DNA from: Octopus bimaculoides
Lineage: Eukaryota
Assembly (NCBI RefSeq): GCF_001194135.2
Contig: NC_068999.1
Span: 26,245,947 to 26,309,946 of the forward strand
Length of the DNA stretch: 64,000 bases
Direction of reading: 5' to 3'
Shown: positions 23,891 to 37,452 of the stretch, in pieces
Position numbering within the stretch: the first letter of the stretch is position 1
How the letters are laid out: every line of letters starts with the position of its first letter
The notes under the pieces: generated by a model
What the model was told of the DNA's origin: nothing
The model's input: the letters and a program-made list of their open reading frames with translations, nothing else
Database searches by the model: none
Translations under genes and position numbers: made by a program

Positions 23891-26027
23891 CTAAAAAGAA
23901 ACAAAAAAAAAATTGTAGTTTTATAATTTCAATGAAATTTATTTTTTTGCTTAGTTAATAAATGTATATTTAACTTAAAACTACTTACAACACAGAGATC
24001 AACTTTGTCAGGATTGTTCCTTTGCTGATAAATGCATTGACTGAATACACTGTAAAGTTTCTCTAAACGTTCCACAGTATAGCCTTTAGTCTGAGTGACA
24101 ACTTGGTCCAAAAGTTTCGACATCAGTCCTTTATTATAAGTAGTGTTGGCTGCTTCCATATCATTGTTATTGCCAGAAGAATCTTCTCCAACCATCGATA
24201 TCTGGAATGTGGCTGATTCACCTTAAACGACATTACATTAAAAGATTTTGCAGTGCTTATAATCCAGCATACAATTTTTGAGCACTTTGTTTCCTTATCT
24301 AGTTTTCTAATATAATTCCAAACTTCCCCCAATTAATTATGCTTATTCATAATTGAAAAACAGTCCTGCAAATCAAATTCAAACAACAATATTCAACTTC
24401 AGGGTTTCAAGTGACTCCAATAATTTTTCTATACTATTAGCCCTATAGAAAGAAAGAAACAACGCCCCCCCCCCCCCGGAGGTTGCTTTTGCATCGAGTA
24501 AAATATTAAAATCTGATTAAACAATTTATTTTGTAATAAATTCTAACTGGAATGAAGAAGATTGTCTTTTCGAGCAATTGTTGTAATAGGATGATGTATG
24601 AAAATAAGATGAGAAAAGACAAGAATAACTCCAGAATCAACACTTTAATTTTACTAAAAGAAATATTCTGGATAATAACAGATCTATAATACTGTTTAAA
24701 AATAAGTAAAAAAAATTGTGAACTGGTGTAAAGAAATGAAGAACGAATACACATTAGCTATCTTCTTTGTGTAAATACTGACAAAGGCAAAACTAGTGTT
24801 TAATCAGCAGCTGTTAGCATAAGAATTGTGGTGTATCAGTAACAGTTTACATTTTGAGATGAGGCAAAATATATGCATATGTAAAGTACAAAACTTATTC
24901 ACATCAAAGTCTGTACTTGGTGCTTATGAACTACAAATGCTCAACTTTGAATTTCGTCTTGAAACACTTGGTTTTTATAACATTCCAGTTGAAGGATGTG
25001 GAATGGCAAACAATGCACAATGTGGTGGGCCATGTGGCCACAAATTCAGAATTCCACCAAATTCAAAGCTATGAATAAAGCAAAATGGTTACTACATGTA
25101 AGTGAAAATTTATTGTAATATTAACATGTATATGACAGTAAATTAATGTGAGAGAAAGCAGTAAAATTTACACTATATTCAATACCAGTTAACTTTTTAG
25201 CAAAGCATTTTACAAACATTTTTCAATTCAAGGTAATTCATATTCACGCAGAAATTCAACTGTATATAAATGGCCCTAAAAGTTTTAACATTCTGTAAAG
25301 TTAACCATCAAGTATATGTAGGAACTAGAAGCTTTCTTTTCAGCAACAAAGTCATGAATTCAAAGCCTTTCATGACAATGTGCATTAATGCAAATGAGAA
25401 AATGTTTATGTATATTCATTAAGAATTAAACACTATTTCAGATTTAAGACAGAATCAGCTTAATTCAATGAAAATTAAAAACTTAAAACTAAATGTATTT
25501 TGTCATTTATTTGAAATGACTGGGTGACATAAATTATACTTGTTTCAGTCATTGGACTGCAGCTGATGCACCACATTCAAGGTGGTTCTCAGTATAACTT
25601 TCTGTCTGGTACATATTTTATCAATCTTTATTTGTTGAACCACTAAAATTATGGGACACATAAAACAACAGTTTTCAGGCAGGTGCAAGTATAAATACAC
25701 ACCTGAAGGTTTCCACAAAGGGAGAGAGAGGGAACACTAACTAAATTCAACTCACATGGTGTTCACTCTAAAGGAATGTATTCCTGTTTTTTTTTCACTC
25801 TAGTTCATACTTCAGATAGTAATTGCAATTTGAACAAACAAATCAAATCAATTCTAAACTTTTGGGACAGGCAATACCTAGAAACAGTCGTTTCAATAAA
25901 TCAAGCGAGTGCTTATACTTTCAGATTCACCCAGGATGTTTTCTTTTTTTGATATTATGTAGCTTCCACAATCTTATGATCATGAATCCAACACCCTAAT
26001 CACTAAGCCATGCACCTCCACATGTAG

Positions 26028-26062
<35 letters not shown>

Positions 26063-29000
26063 NNNNNNNNNNNNNNNNNNNNNNNNNNNNNNNNNNNNNN
26101 NNNNNNNNNNNNNNNNNNNNNNNNNNNNNNNNNNNNNNNNNNNNNNNNNNNNNNNNNNNNNNNNNNNNNNNNNNNNNNNNNNNNNNNNNNNNNNNNNNNN
26201 NNNNNNNNNNNNNNNNNNNNNNNNNNNNNNNNNNNNNNNNNNNNNNNNNNNNNNNNNNNNNNNNNNNNNNNNNNNNNNNNNNNNNNNNNNNNNNNNNNNN
26301 NNNNNNNNNNNNNNNNNNNNNNNNNNNNNNNNNNNNNNNNNNNNNNNNNNNNNNNNNNNNNNNNNNNNNNNNNNNNNNNNTTGCATCGACCTCACTGTTT
26401 CACTGGTACTTAATTTATCTACCCCAAAAGGATGAAAGGCATAGTCAAACTCAGCGGAATTTAAACTGAATAATAATAGAAGATTAAATACCTTCAGTTT
26501 CCTGATTTTCAACTGGCAGTGGGCTGATATCAGCAAGTTCTGGTGCAGCACCTTTTTCTTGTTCTGTAGTTTGGGAGTTAGTTGGAGCCTGGCAATTATG
26601 ATAATAGCATAGATTTTTTAAAGAAAACATAAAAGCAAAGCATAAATACTATTAAATATAGAAATTATTTTCCAGTTGACACAAAATGAAACATCCATTT
26701 GTCAGAATGAATTTAGCATTGGTGCTAAATTCAAGGCACAATCCTCAGCTCCCTTCTGTTCATTCAGAGTTTAAGATCAGCTGTCCACAGAAACTCATAT
26801 ACTGATGATCTAGTTCTTATCTGTAAATCTGTAGTAGAACTAGACAAGAAATTCAAATATAAAAACATAGTTCAAAAGCCTTCAATTAAACTTAGCAAAG
26901 GCTAAAATATTAGTAAGTAGCAGAGAAAATAGGACCTAACTGCCATCAAGGACACAAAGAAGTTGGAATGCACTGACCCAGTATTTCCAACTTGGAGTTT
27001 AGATAAACATCTGGATACTTTAAATACTGTGTAAACTATGGATACAAGCTGTATGGTGGAATCACAAGTAGGTTAACAGCATAGACTTAGTACTTATTAT
27101 TTGCACCTGCCTCATACGAAGAAATTTTATCAGATGCTTGGAAGGATGTCTATAAGTAGTTGATAGCTTTTGGTACCTAGGTGACCTAAATAGCAATGAG
27201 GGAAAGGTGTTCTGAAAACCGAAGTAACAATGGGTTTAGATAAAAAGCTTCCAAGAGCTATTACTTCTGCTAGCAACAAAGGGCTTCTCTTTTAGAGTAA
27301 AAGATAGATTGTATGAAGCACAAAATTGTGATGATGCATATCAGGGTTTGAGTCTTGAAAACAGATGATTTGTAGAAAAAGAAAAACAAGGAAGAAATGA
27401 AATGGCATGATATATTTCACTGAATGTGTAATATTAGTGTACACAAGCAATGGAGCAAACTGAGCTCAGAGAAAAATTGGGTACAAATTTACAAGACATG
27501 ACAAAACTGATACCAACAATGTGATGTAATGGAAGATGAAAGTTGTATAAAGAAGTGCCATGTAAAGAGAGAGCCCAAGAAAAACTTGGGATGAAGTTGT
27601 AAAGACTGATCTCATAATTGATGAAAGACCACCTATGCAAGTTTGGCAAATTGAGCATTGAAAAATGGAGGCTGTGAGACATGATATATATCATATCAAG
27701 TCTATATTAATGTTTCTTTGATACCCACTTATTTATTTCACTATCGTTCATGCTAGCTGTATAACAAGAGATGTCATTGGACCTACTCATATTCATTCTC
27801 TGCCTACTACTCTTAACTTCTCATTTTATCTTTCTTGCTCATCTTGGGACCTAAATATAAGGGATTGTATGAGATAGAGAGAGAGACATTGGTCAATAGT
27901 CTGAGAAAATATGAAGGGTCTGGCTTTTCTGAGAAGTAGCACATAAAATGCCATTTGATGTTTTGTGTACTTTAAAACCTAATGCTAATGTGTAGAGCTG
28001 ACAGGCTTTCATTGCATTGAATGAGTACAAAGGTGGGAATGTTAACATGTCAAACTTTCAGGATGACCCCAACCAACATCTAAGAATATATTTTTGCTCT
28101 TGCTACTATTTCCAACTTGGAGTTTAGGTCTAGAAGACTGGCAGTATTAAGAAGAGGGATTTGTAATGGATTTAAAGGGAAAATGTGAATTGGAGATCAG
28201 CAAGAGCCAATGTCTATAGTGGATGCAAGGCTTCTGTGGAAGCATGCTCAGAAAAAGGCAAAGAGAAAGTGTACTTCTGATATAATTAATATTATTCCTC
28301 ATTATAAACTTCAAATGTGTGGAAACTTTGGAATGTTTTTTCTTGAATATCTCACCATTGGACTATATTTACTAATGGAAACCATGGAAATTCCACAGAA
28401 CAGAAAAGAAAGGAAGAATGATTTTCTTTTTATTTTGCTAAGTTATTTCACTTTCAGTTACAATAATGTATTATATGATTTTACAATTTCCCTCTACCCA
28501 TGCTAGCATGGAAAGCGGACGTTAAACGATGATGATGATGATAAGCACTTTATATTTCTCTCTTTCAACCTCTTCAACAAACTTTTTAACCCTGAAATTA
28601 CCCTCTTCATTTCTTTAACATTCCTCTCTTTCGCGTCACCTCTCGCTTCCACTAACCACATGAGTGACAGCGTAATTCATTGGCTGGCTATCTGCTCTCT
28701 CACATTCCCTCTTCTTCTTCCTCACTCCATCTCCTTCTCTCTAACAAACTAAAGTATAAAGGTGAACGAACATATATATGTGTGTGTGTGTGTGGATCTT
28801 TACCCATTGAACTCAACAACTCACTACTTGAATGGACCATAATACCACAAAACTTGACTTAAAAAGGATTTAGATAATGCTATCAGGTGGTGATATTAAG
28901 TTAGACATGGCCTGGATCAATCTTTGGTCAAAACATATCTCAGTTATATATATATATATGGATCTTTTCCCTTTGAACGGCAGATCGAGAAATTAATTTT

Positions 29001-32000
29001 TTGTAACTAAATACTTTCAAACTTCGGACACTGGTAGAATGTGTCATATAAAACATCTTTTACTCTTAGTGTTGTTGAGAAAAGTTTGTATTTTCAAAAA
29101 CACTTTTCACTATCAACACACCATCATCGCTACAATTTTTAGTAACAAAACTCATTTCATTTCAGTCAAGTTGTTTATATCTACTTTTACTTGCTATCAA
29201 TGTATCTCTACAGTACAACTACTATCTGCCACCCCCACCTCCTCTCAATGTAACTGCCTCCCCTGTCCATCTCTCTCCACCTGCCTTTCTTTAACCTCAC
29301 CACCCAGAACATTACCCTCTGCTAAATATTGTATTTGAAACATATCTCTTTCCCTCCCCACCCTATGGCACGTTGTGAACACTTCTCCCTCCCTCTTTTC
29401 TCTTGCTCTTTGACTCTCCCTTCAACTAATCACATTTGGCCTTATTATACATCTTTCTCTACTTATCTCTCACTCTTATTCCAATTTTACTCACTCCACC
29501 TCTGTAACTAACTAAAGTATAACAAGTGAATAAACAAGCAAATTATTATATAGATTATGATGAGTAGAAAAGCAAAGAAAAGTGTATTTCCACAATTTTG
29601 AAATCATGAAGAGAGGCCATTTGTTAGAAATAATACTCTTATTGATTCTGTAATGGGTCAAGGTCTAAATTAAACTAAATGAAAGCACATAACACTTGCA
29701 ACAGAGTGGACACTGCTAAAGGTATTCAATGGTGAAAAAGATATTAAACCAGCCAATTTATGAAGCCTACCATTCAGTGTTAACAAATTTGTTTTACAAA
29801 TTTAAGCCTTTTGAAGTTAAAAATATTTAACTATAATTACAAGAAAAGTTATATCATTGCAGAAAGTAACTGAAACAGAAGAAAATGTTATTACTTTAGA
29901 TATTAATATTATTCAAAGGTTTTTACCTTGACAAAAACAAAACTAAGATCAAGAAAAGAGTTAAGCTTTAATGAACCAATTATTAAAAAACTACTTTGGA
30001 GAAAATTAAAAACTGCCAGGATTAATAATCAAAGACCTATAATAGTGGAGACAGAGGATATATTAATTCTTTGGTTGGAAGATTACAACTAGAAGCTAAT
30101 GCTAGTTGACTCAAAGCTCTGAGCCTTTTTTCTTGATTGAAAGAAAACAAATATTAAAGCATGATTGTGATATTTTATGCTAACAAAGGCTGGTTAAAAG
30201 ATTTCAAAATTTGAAGTGGAGAAACAACTGGAAAATCATCAAATACAGATGAAGATACTGCAGCTAAATATTCTGCTAAATTAAAGAAAATAATCATGAT
30301 GACAGATGAAACTGATGCATTCTCAAAGATACAATGAAAAACATTTTCCAGTAAAATGTATGGTAACTTGGTCACACAATATTACTTGGAGAAAGTGCAG
30401 AGAGAAACATAAAATTAAAATAGCAATGCTTATTTCCAAATAATAAACTCAAGTGCTTTAAAAGGAAACAAGAAGCAATTTCTTCCAAGTCATTTGGCAA
30501 TCAAATAAAAAAGGCATAGTTCTCTAGTCTTGTGTGAAAACCAATTCATGTTACATTTCTGTCTGGAAGTTTTGCAACAAAAATAGTTTAAAATTCTAAG
30601 TTCTTTAGATTATTGATAATATTCCTAGCCATCCTAACTCATATTTTGTACTAATGTTTAAGGCATAAACATTTTGTACTCATATGCAGGTTGTATTTTT
30701 ACCACCATATACAACATTGCTGTTATAGCCTATGCCCTAAATATCAACTGTATTCAAGACCTATTATATTCTAAGAACTTTCTCATGGGCAATTAAAGTT
30801 ACGACTAATAGAAGACACTTATTACTCTCCAAGAACTCTGGGAAAAATTTACAAGCATTTGAAAATAATTAAGAGTCATAGGAAGATAGAAGCCGGTTGT
30901 AGGTGAGCAGTTTAATAGCATCTTTTGCATGAATGTACTAATGATTTTAAAAATCCAGTAAATGAAATTATTGATGATATTGCTACCATCAGAGAAGAGT
31001 TTGGCCTTGAAATTTTCATAATTTAGTAATATTCAAAAGACTTACATGAAAATGATCTCATTGAACCAACTAAAGGAAAGGAAGCAACTAAAGGAAAGGA
31101 ATGACTCAGTTAAAGAACTTGATGAATCTTTCAGGATAGAGAGTCAGTCAAACAAGAATTAATGCATAGGGATCTGAATGAGTGTTCATATACTACTGTG
31201 AACATTCAGAAGGTTAAAAATAATCAAATTGCTTGCTATCACAAAATGTACGAAGAGAGGAGAAAAAGATACAACTGTTCAATTGGTTCCTGATAAATTT
31301 TTCTCTACAAAAAGAAAAAAAGAAAAAATGATTTACAGTAACTACAAATTGTTTTGTTGCTTTTACTATCCAGGGTTTATTACAATTATTTCTAATGATG
31401 ATTAAATGTAATAAACATGGTTTTGATAAAAACAAATACATGAGGGGAGGTGGTGTAAATTAATGACATTAAAGGGTAACTGTATAATGCAAATAAAATA
31501 ACTAAAACTAGTCATCTGTTATCTACCTCAGTTTGTATCCATATCACCAGTAATTTTGATTTAGGAAAACTTCATTTTTGTGCATGTGTACATACACACA
31601 AAATATATAAATAAATTCACATTAGAGAAGAATATTTAAAAAGGGATTTTCATTTCAGAAGAAATGAACATGTTTTATGAGTATAAATATTTGTGTAAAA
31701 CATGACACACATATACACACACTCACACATGCATATTATATACACAGACAAATAAATGTATAATATAACTACTAATAACACACACAATAATCTTTTCAAA
31801 TATCCAACCTATTCAGAGCAAGGACCTGTTTAATTACAATTAATAAAACAACTATTTACTGGCTTATAAGAGAAAAAGAAATAACTTAATATGCCAATAA
31901 ATCTACTTAAAAATTTAAGAAATTCCACAACTTACATTATCAGTTTTGGCTTGATCCAGACTATCCAAGGATTCTCCATTGCTCTCTATTGCACTCCCAA

Positions 32001-35000
32001 TTCCACTATCAAGACCATTCCTCGTTGTATTGGCAGTGGTGTGTGAGGTAGGCACACTAGTGGAGGTTACAGTTGATGACAGCAAAACTGAGGTTGTCAC
32101 ATTTGATGTACTAGCTGATGACGATGATGATGATGATGACGATGATGACAATAAAGAAGTGTTGGAACCATTGGCAGCGCTATTATTAGTTGTAGTAGTA
32201 TTGGCAGTGATAGCACTGGATTGTTGCTGTTCGGCCCTCCCAGGAGAAGCTTGATCGTGTCCCCGTGTTCGGTATGGGTAATTTTGCATGGTGGAAGATG
32301 ATGAAACAGTTGCAGATCCAGAGGTAGCCATTTCTGAATTTGTATGGTTTTTTGAAGTGGATGGGGTTTCATTATTCAATTCACTTGAATGACTCCTACT
32401 TTTTGTACACTGTTCTTCTTCTGAACCAGAAACTTCATCATCTCCAGAGTGTCCATTTTTGACATGTCGGCTGCTAGCAGATGAACGCCTTCTTCTTAAG
32501 CGTAACTTACGCCCTGGTTTTGATTTATTTACAGGTGAAGATTGGTCAGAATTTTGAAGCTGATCCTCAGAGAAACATTCTACACTTTCTACCTCAGTTG
32601 AGGTAACCTGAGATTTAGAGGAGGAATTTGATCGGTATGACTTAGATTTTGATGGGGATTTTGATTGACAAAATATTTTCTCCACAACTTCAAGGGGTGC
32701 CTGAGATTCTGCATCCATTCCTCTTACCCTCCGACTGAATCTCGTAGGGTAATCTGAAGGGAGAGCATTTACCTGGCTATTTATGTTAGAGGAAGTAGCA
32801 ACTGGCTGAGTTACAGGAGGAGTATCTGGTCGTTCTGGTTGAAGTGAGAAAATATTAGTAACCTTATTAACTTCACCTAAATAAATAAGAAAAAAAATAC
32901 ACAATGTATTCATAATGCATGTGTATGTATGTATGTAGACAAATTTCAATTTTAAATATATCTTATTTTGTCTAATGGTCATATTCCACTGTCAAGTTCA
33001 TTTCATGCACAAGATTATAATCTTGTTCATAAAATGAGTTTGATAATGGTTTTGATAATTATCAAAATTATCAATGGGGATTATATAGTAATATCCACAA
33101 TTTGATTTCTTTTACCAATATTTCTATAACAGAATAAAAAGAAAGGTCTAACAAAATCATCTTTGACATCACTTGCAACTGAAATTGCAAACTTTATGGG
33201 TTAATACTTCACTGCAGTTTAATTGGCAGTTCAACATAAGTCCCTGAAATCATTTACAAGTGGGTGCTGAAAAGTTCCTGGCTTTAAGGGTATTGCAAAA
33301 GGGTCGGCTGGAGGCCAAACCTGATGAGTTCTTTTATAGGGCTTAGAAAAGCTGAAGGAATGTGTGTGAATCTGAGAGGGGAATATGTTGAATAAAATCA
33401 TAATTAACTGATCCTCCTGTATTTTCTTTTACCCAAAGCCAGGAACTTTTCCGTACCCCTCATGTATGTGTTGTAGATCATAGATTAAATTCACATTTAT
33501 ATATGTTATTCTAAATTTCTTCTTGTATAATTTTTCTATGTTAATTTCAAAACTAAAACCAAATATTGAAAATGCTCATCCTTTATAATAGACATCTAAT
33601 ATTCCTATCATTCTTCAGAAAAGTTGTTGACAAGCTTTAGGCACTCAATTTGTAAGCTTAAAAAATATATTGTTTATTTATGTTTCTGATATTTAGATTA
33701 TCTTAGTTTTAGGATGCCAATATCTAAACTAAATAACCAGACCAACTGACAGAAAAAAAAATTAGTAATGAAACCCAATGAAAGAATATAAAAATACTAT
33801 AAAAATCAATGTGTTGAGAGATAACAATGATCACCATTTTAGTCTCTGATAAAAAAAACAAAAAACAAAGTCAAGCTGTCAGAAGAGATTTGTAACTAGA
33901 GAAGGACCATTTATGTTAACAAAGAAAACAGAATGCAAAAACTTGAAAAGTCAGTTTACTTTTTGAACCCATTCATTACCAAAACCACCCAGCACCACTG
34001 GATCTAACAATTTGTATTTAAATCAAATTATTGACATACATCATTACTACCATAGTGATAAAATTTCACAAAGTAAACACATTGCTATGATATGAATTTG
34101 ATGTTCTTGAAATCAGTTTGGCCTTTCTTTTTTTTCTCTTATTTATAAGCCTTGTGTAATAGTGACTTTGAATATGAATGATTTTCCAAGTAGAAATGGC
34201 TGCAACAAAAAAATAAAAAAAAGCATAGCATGTGCTGGACTTTGAAATGAATACTTCAATTTTCATAGTTGATAATAGCGATGCTGAATTGATTCCAGAA
34301 ACTGAATGAACTGAAAACTTTAATATATTTCCTCTTTCAAATGATTCAGGATGGTTCAAACAGTCTTATAAAGAGACTCATTGCAAAACCCTTCCAAGGA
34401 ATAATGACATAAGATGAAGAATGCAACTGTTTGGCAACATCTTGCAACAACCAGATCATCAATATGCTATAAAAGTCAAGAGACAGGCATGAACAAGAGA
34501 AAGGAAAAGATGGGGAGAACTACAGGACAATTCACTTTTCTTTATACAGAGTCAAGTGTTCCACAATAACATTCATTGGGTGTATTTGCTGAACATCACA
34601 AAACTCCACAGGTTTTGGAACACTACAGCTCAATCTTTAGAAACATTTATCTCAAGATGCTATGTGAAGATGGAAAATGACAACACAATATACATTAACA
34701 TCACCACAAGTGTCCACATACTAGGCTGCATATTGTTGCTATTTTTATTTCTAACCATAAATTTCATCAATAAAAACGCCATTGATGACAATAAATATGG
34801 TATCCAGAGCAAAGATCAGCACTGGTGGGTCAATGAAAACTTTGGATTCCATCAATAATGCAAGATCGTCAATTGAGACAGTTTACAGGAAATAATTCAG
34901 TGCCAAGGAAAATCAGACCGAGAATGAATGAAGAAATAATGAAGTCAATGGAGGTCAGTCAAGGATCAGTTAACACCCACTCGAATGGTTGAAGAACAGG

Positions 35001-37399
35001 TTGTCAAAGACACAAGCCAATTTGTGAACCTTGGCAATGTCCTGTGTGACCATGAAAATGCTACAACTAATATCAAATGCAAAATTGGAAAAGTGAGAGA
35101 GAGCAGTATTTCATCGATAACAAAGGAGATCTGCTGTAAGCAGCCTGAGCAGCTTATGTCAGTGCTAGAAGAAAAACGACCATCTATGGTTTCAAGACAA
35201 AAAGTGTTCTTCCATCAGGATAATGCTCGGTCACATACAGCAAGGATGACATTCTAAAGGCTGAAGCAGTGTGAATGGGAAATGAAGCCTCACCCACCAT
35301 ATTCTCTGGACATTACCTCATCTGATTATCATTTATTCCGCAATCTTTAAAATCACTTGGACGGAGAAAATATGAATCCTGTAGACACGGTCAGAACAGT
35401 ACTGGAGGAAAATTTTTTGTCATAGACAAGTGAATTTTGGAAGAGGGCCCTTGCAAGTCTACCAGATAGATGGAAGAGCATTGTAGAAAATGAAGGAGAG
35501 TATATTTTAGATTGAAAAAGAACTTTGTCTATCTTAATTTTGAAAAATAAATGAAGTATAAAAAAACCACATTATTTATGGGATGACCCAATATTAGTTA
35601 ATTCCTATGTAAGAGAGAGAAATTCATTTCTTTATTTTCTTCAAACATTTTGATATATTGTAGTCAGTAACATGGGCTATTTTAGGTATACATATAACTT
35701 GTTTATACACTCTAAAGTTTTCTACATTTCATTGATTTTACCAATAATCTGAGTGGTTTTGAGACAAAAATTCAGTTCATGTAAGAAACTTCTGTTGCAT
35801 TCCAAACACCACTTTAATACATTACTTAAGAAAAATTTAATTGTTTTATGAAACCAGTCAAAATTTATCATTAATTTAATTGAAATAGAAATAAAGTAAT
35901 GAAGGGGTAAACAAGAACATTAACACATCAGCTATTATTCAAATCAAACATTGTTTGGTTTAATATCTTTATCACTTTGGCAGAAAGGTTCTATACATAT
36001 TTATAATAGAATGGAAAATGGATATCATGAGATTCACTTTTATTCTAAATGAAGTAGAAGTGTCAACTAGGCTTCAAATGAAAATTGAAACTGCATCACT
36101 ACTTTATAGTCAAGCACTTACATTCTGCTCATAGATAAATAATTAGAAAACACTTGCCTCTTCTCTTTCTGGAGTTAACAATATCTTGGCACATTTTAGC
36201 AAATTCTGGATTAAGTTCAGAATTCACCACAGCATACGCCATATCTTTCAGGGCACAAACTCGGTGACGAATAGCCTTTCCTAGATAAAACATATATGGA
36301 ATTTCAGTATAATATAAAATATATTTTTATCAGAGTGACTGCAGAATAAGAATTTAGTGATGTTTATTTTGTAGTATATGAAATAATTCAGAAGGGTATG
36401 CAAACATTTTAGAATGTAAGAAAAATGAAATTTAACACATTAAATGTTGTTAATTCACTTTACAGCATAGTGATAATTTATATTAGATTTTTTGTATTTT
36501 AAATCAACTTTTAAATGAGAAACATTTAAAAAAAAACACCCAAAATTCTTTGAAAGTAACATCATGCACATAAATTTCTCTAATTATATATCAAAAAAGT
36601 GGGGACAGCAAAGTGCAACATACATCTCAAGTGGGTTTTGTCTGCTATTTTATGACATGCAAGGTTGGTTATTATTTGCATAACAGGGAAAAGTGTACGT
36701 ATTTGGAGCTTCATATATTGTATTTATTGGAGGACACTGATAAGGTGAAATGCATGATTGCATAATATTTCTACTACTGTTATGAGAAGGTAACTTCTTT
36801 GAAATGCATGCATCCATGAATCTAGGTGGAGGACACTTGGAACTAAGTTTGTTTATACCTTTTTGTTTACAGGGATAATTTTTCTCCATGGCAAGATGCA
36901 ATGAATGGCCTTCTTACAGGTTTGAAGGTCTCAAGCATATTTGAACTGATAAAAACAGTTTGATTTGAGCCCCTGCAACTTAAAGAAACCTAGCTCATCA
37001 GGCTCAGTTAACCAATTGTTGAGTGTTGCTTTCTTTCGTCCACTCACCTGTAGCCTTTTACTTGCTGGAGCATCACCTTAACAAATTTTTAATTGAATGA
37101 ATCAACACCAGTACTTATTTTTGTACAGCTTGTACTTATTCTATTGAACGGCTAAGTTATGAGGGCATAAACACACTAACACTACTTGTTAAGAGGTGGT
37201 AGGCGTACAAACAGACACAAAAACACACACAGGCGTGTGCAGTGGGCTTCTTTTAGTTTCTGTCAACCAAATCCACTCAAAGGGCTTTGGTCAGCCCGGG
37301 GGTACAATAGAAGACACTTGCCCAAAGTGCCATGCAATGGGACTGAACTTGGAACCATGTGGTGGGGAAGCAAGAGTCTTACCACACAGCCAGGCCTGT

Positions 37400-37452
<53 letters not shown>

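Noticed and set aside
24826-25074. 82-aa + strand ORF nested in an ATAD2 intron
   Set aside because: No recognisable domain or convincing splice structure; expected by chance.
31979-32372. Alternative-frame ORFs with poly-Asp or poly-His
   Set aside because: Shadow frames of the ATAD2 poly-Ser repeat.
33321-33352. CTGATGA...GAAAA in the mariner MITE
   Set aside because: Three extra nucleotides before GAAA and no stem III; explained as transposon sequence.
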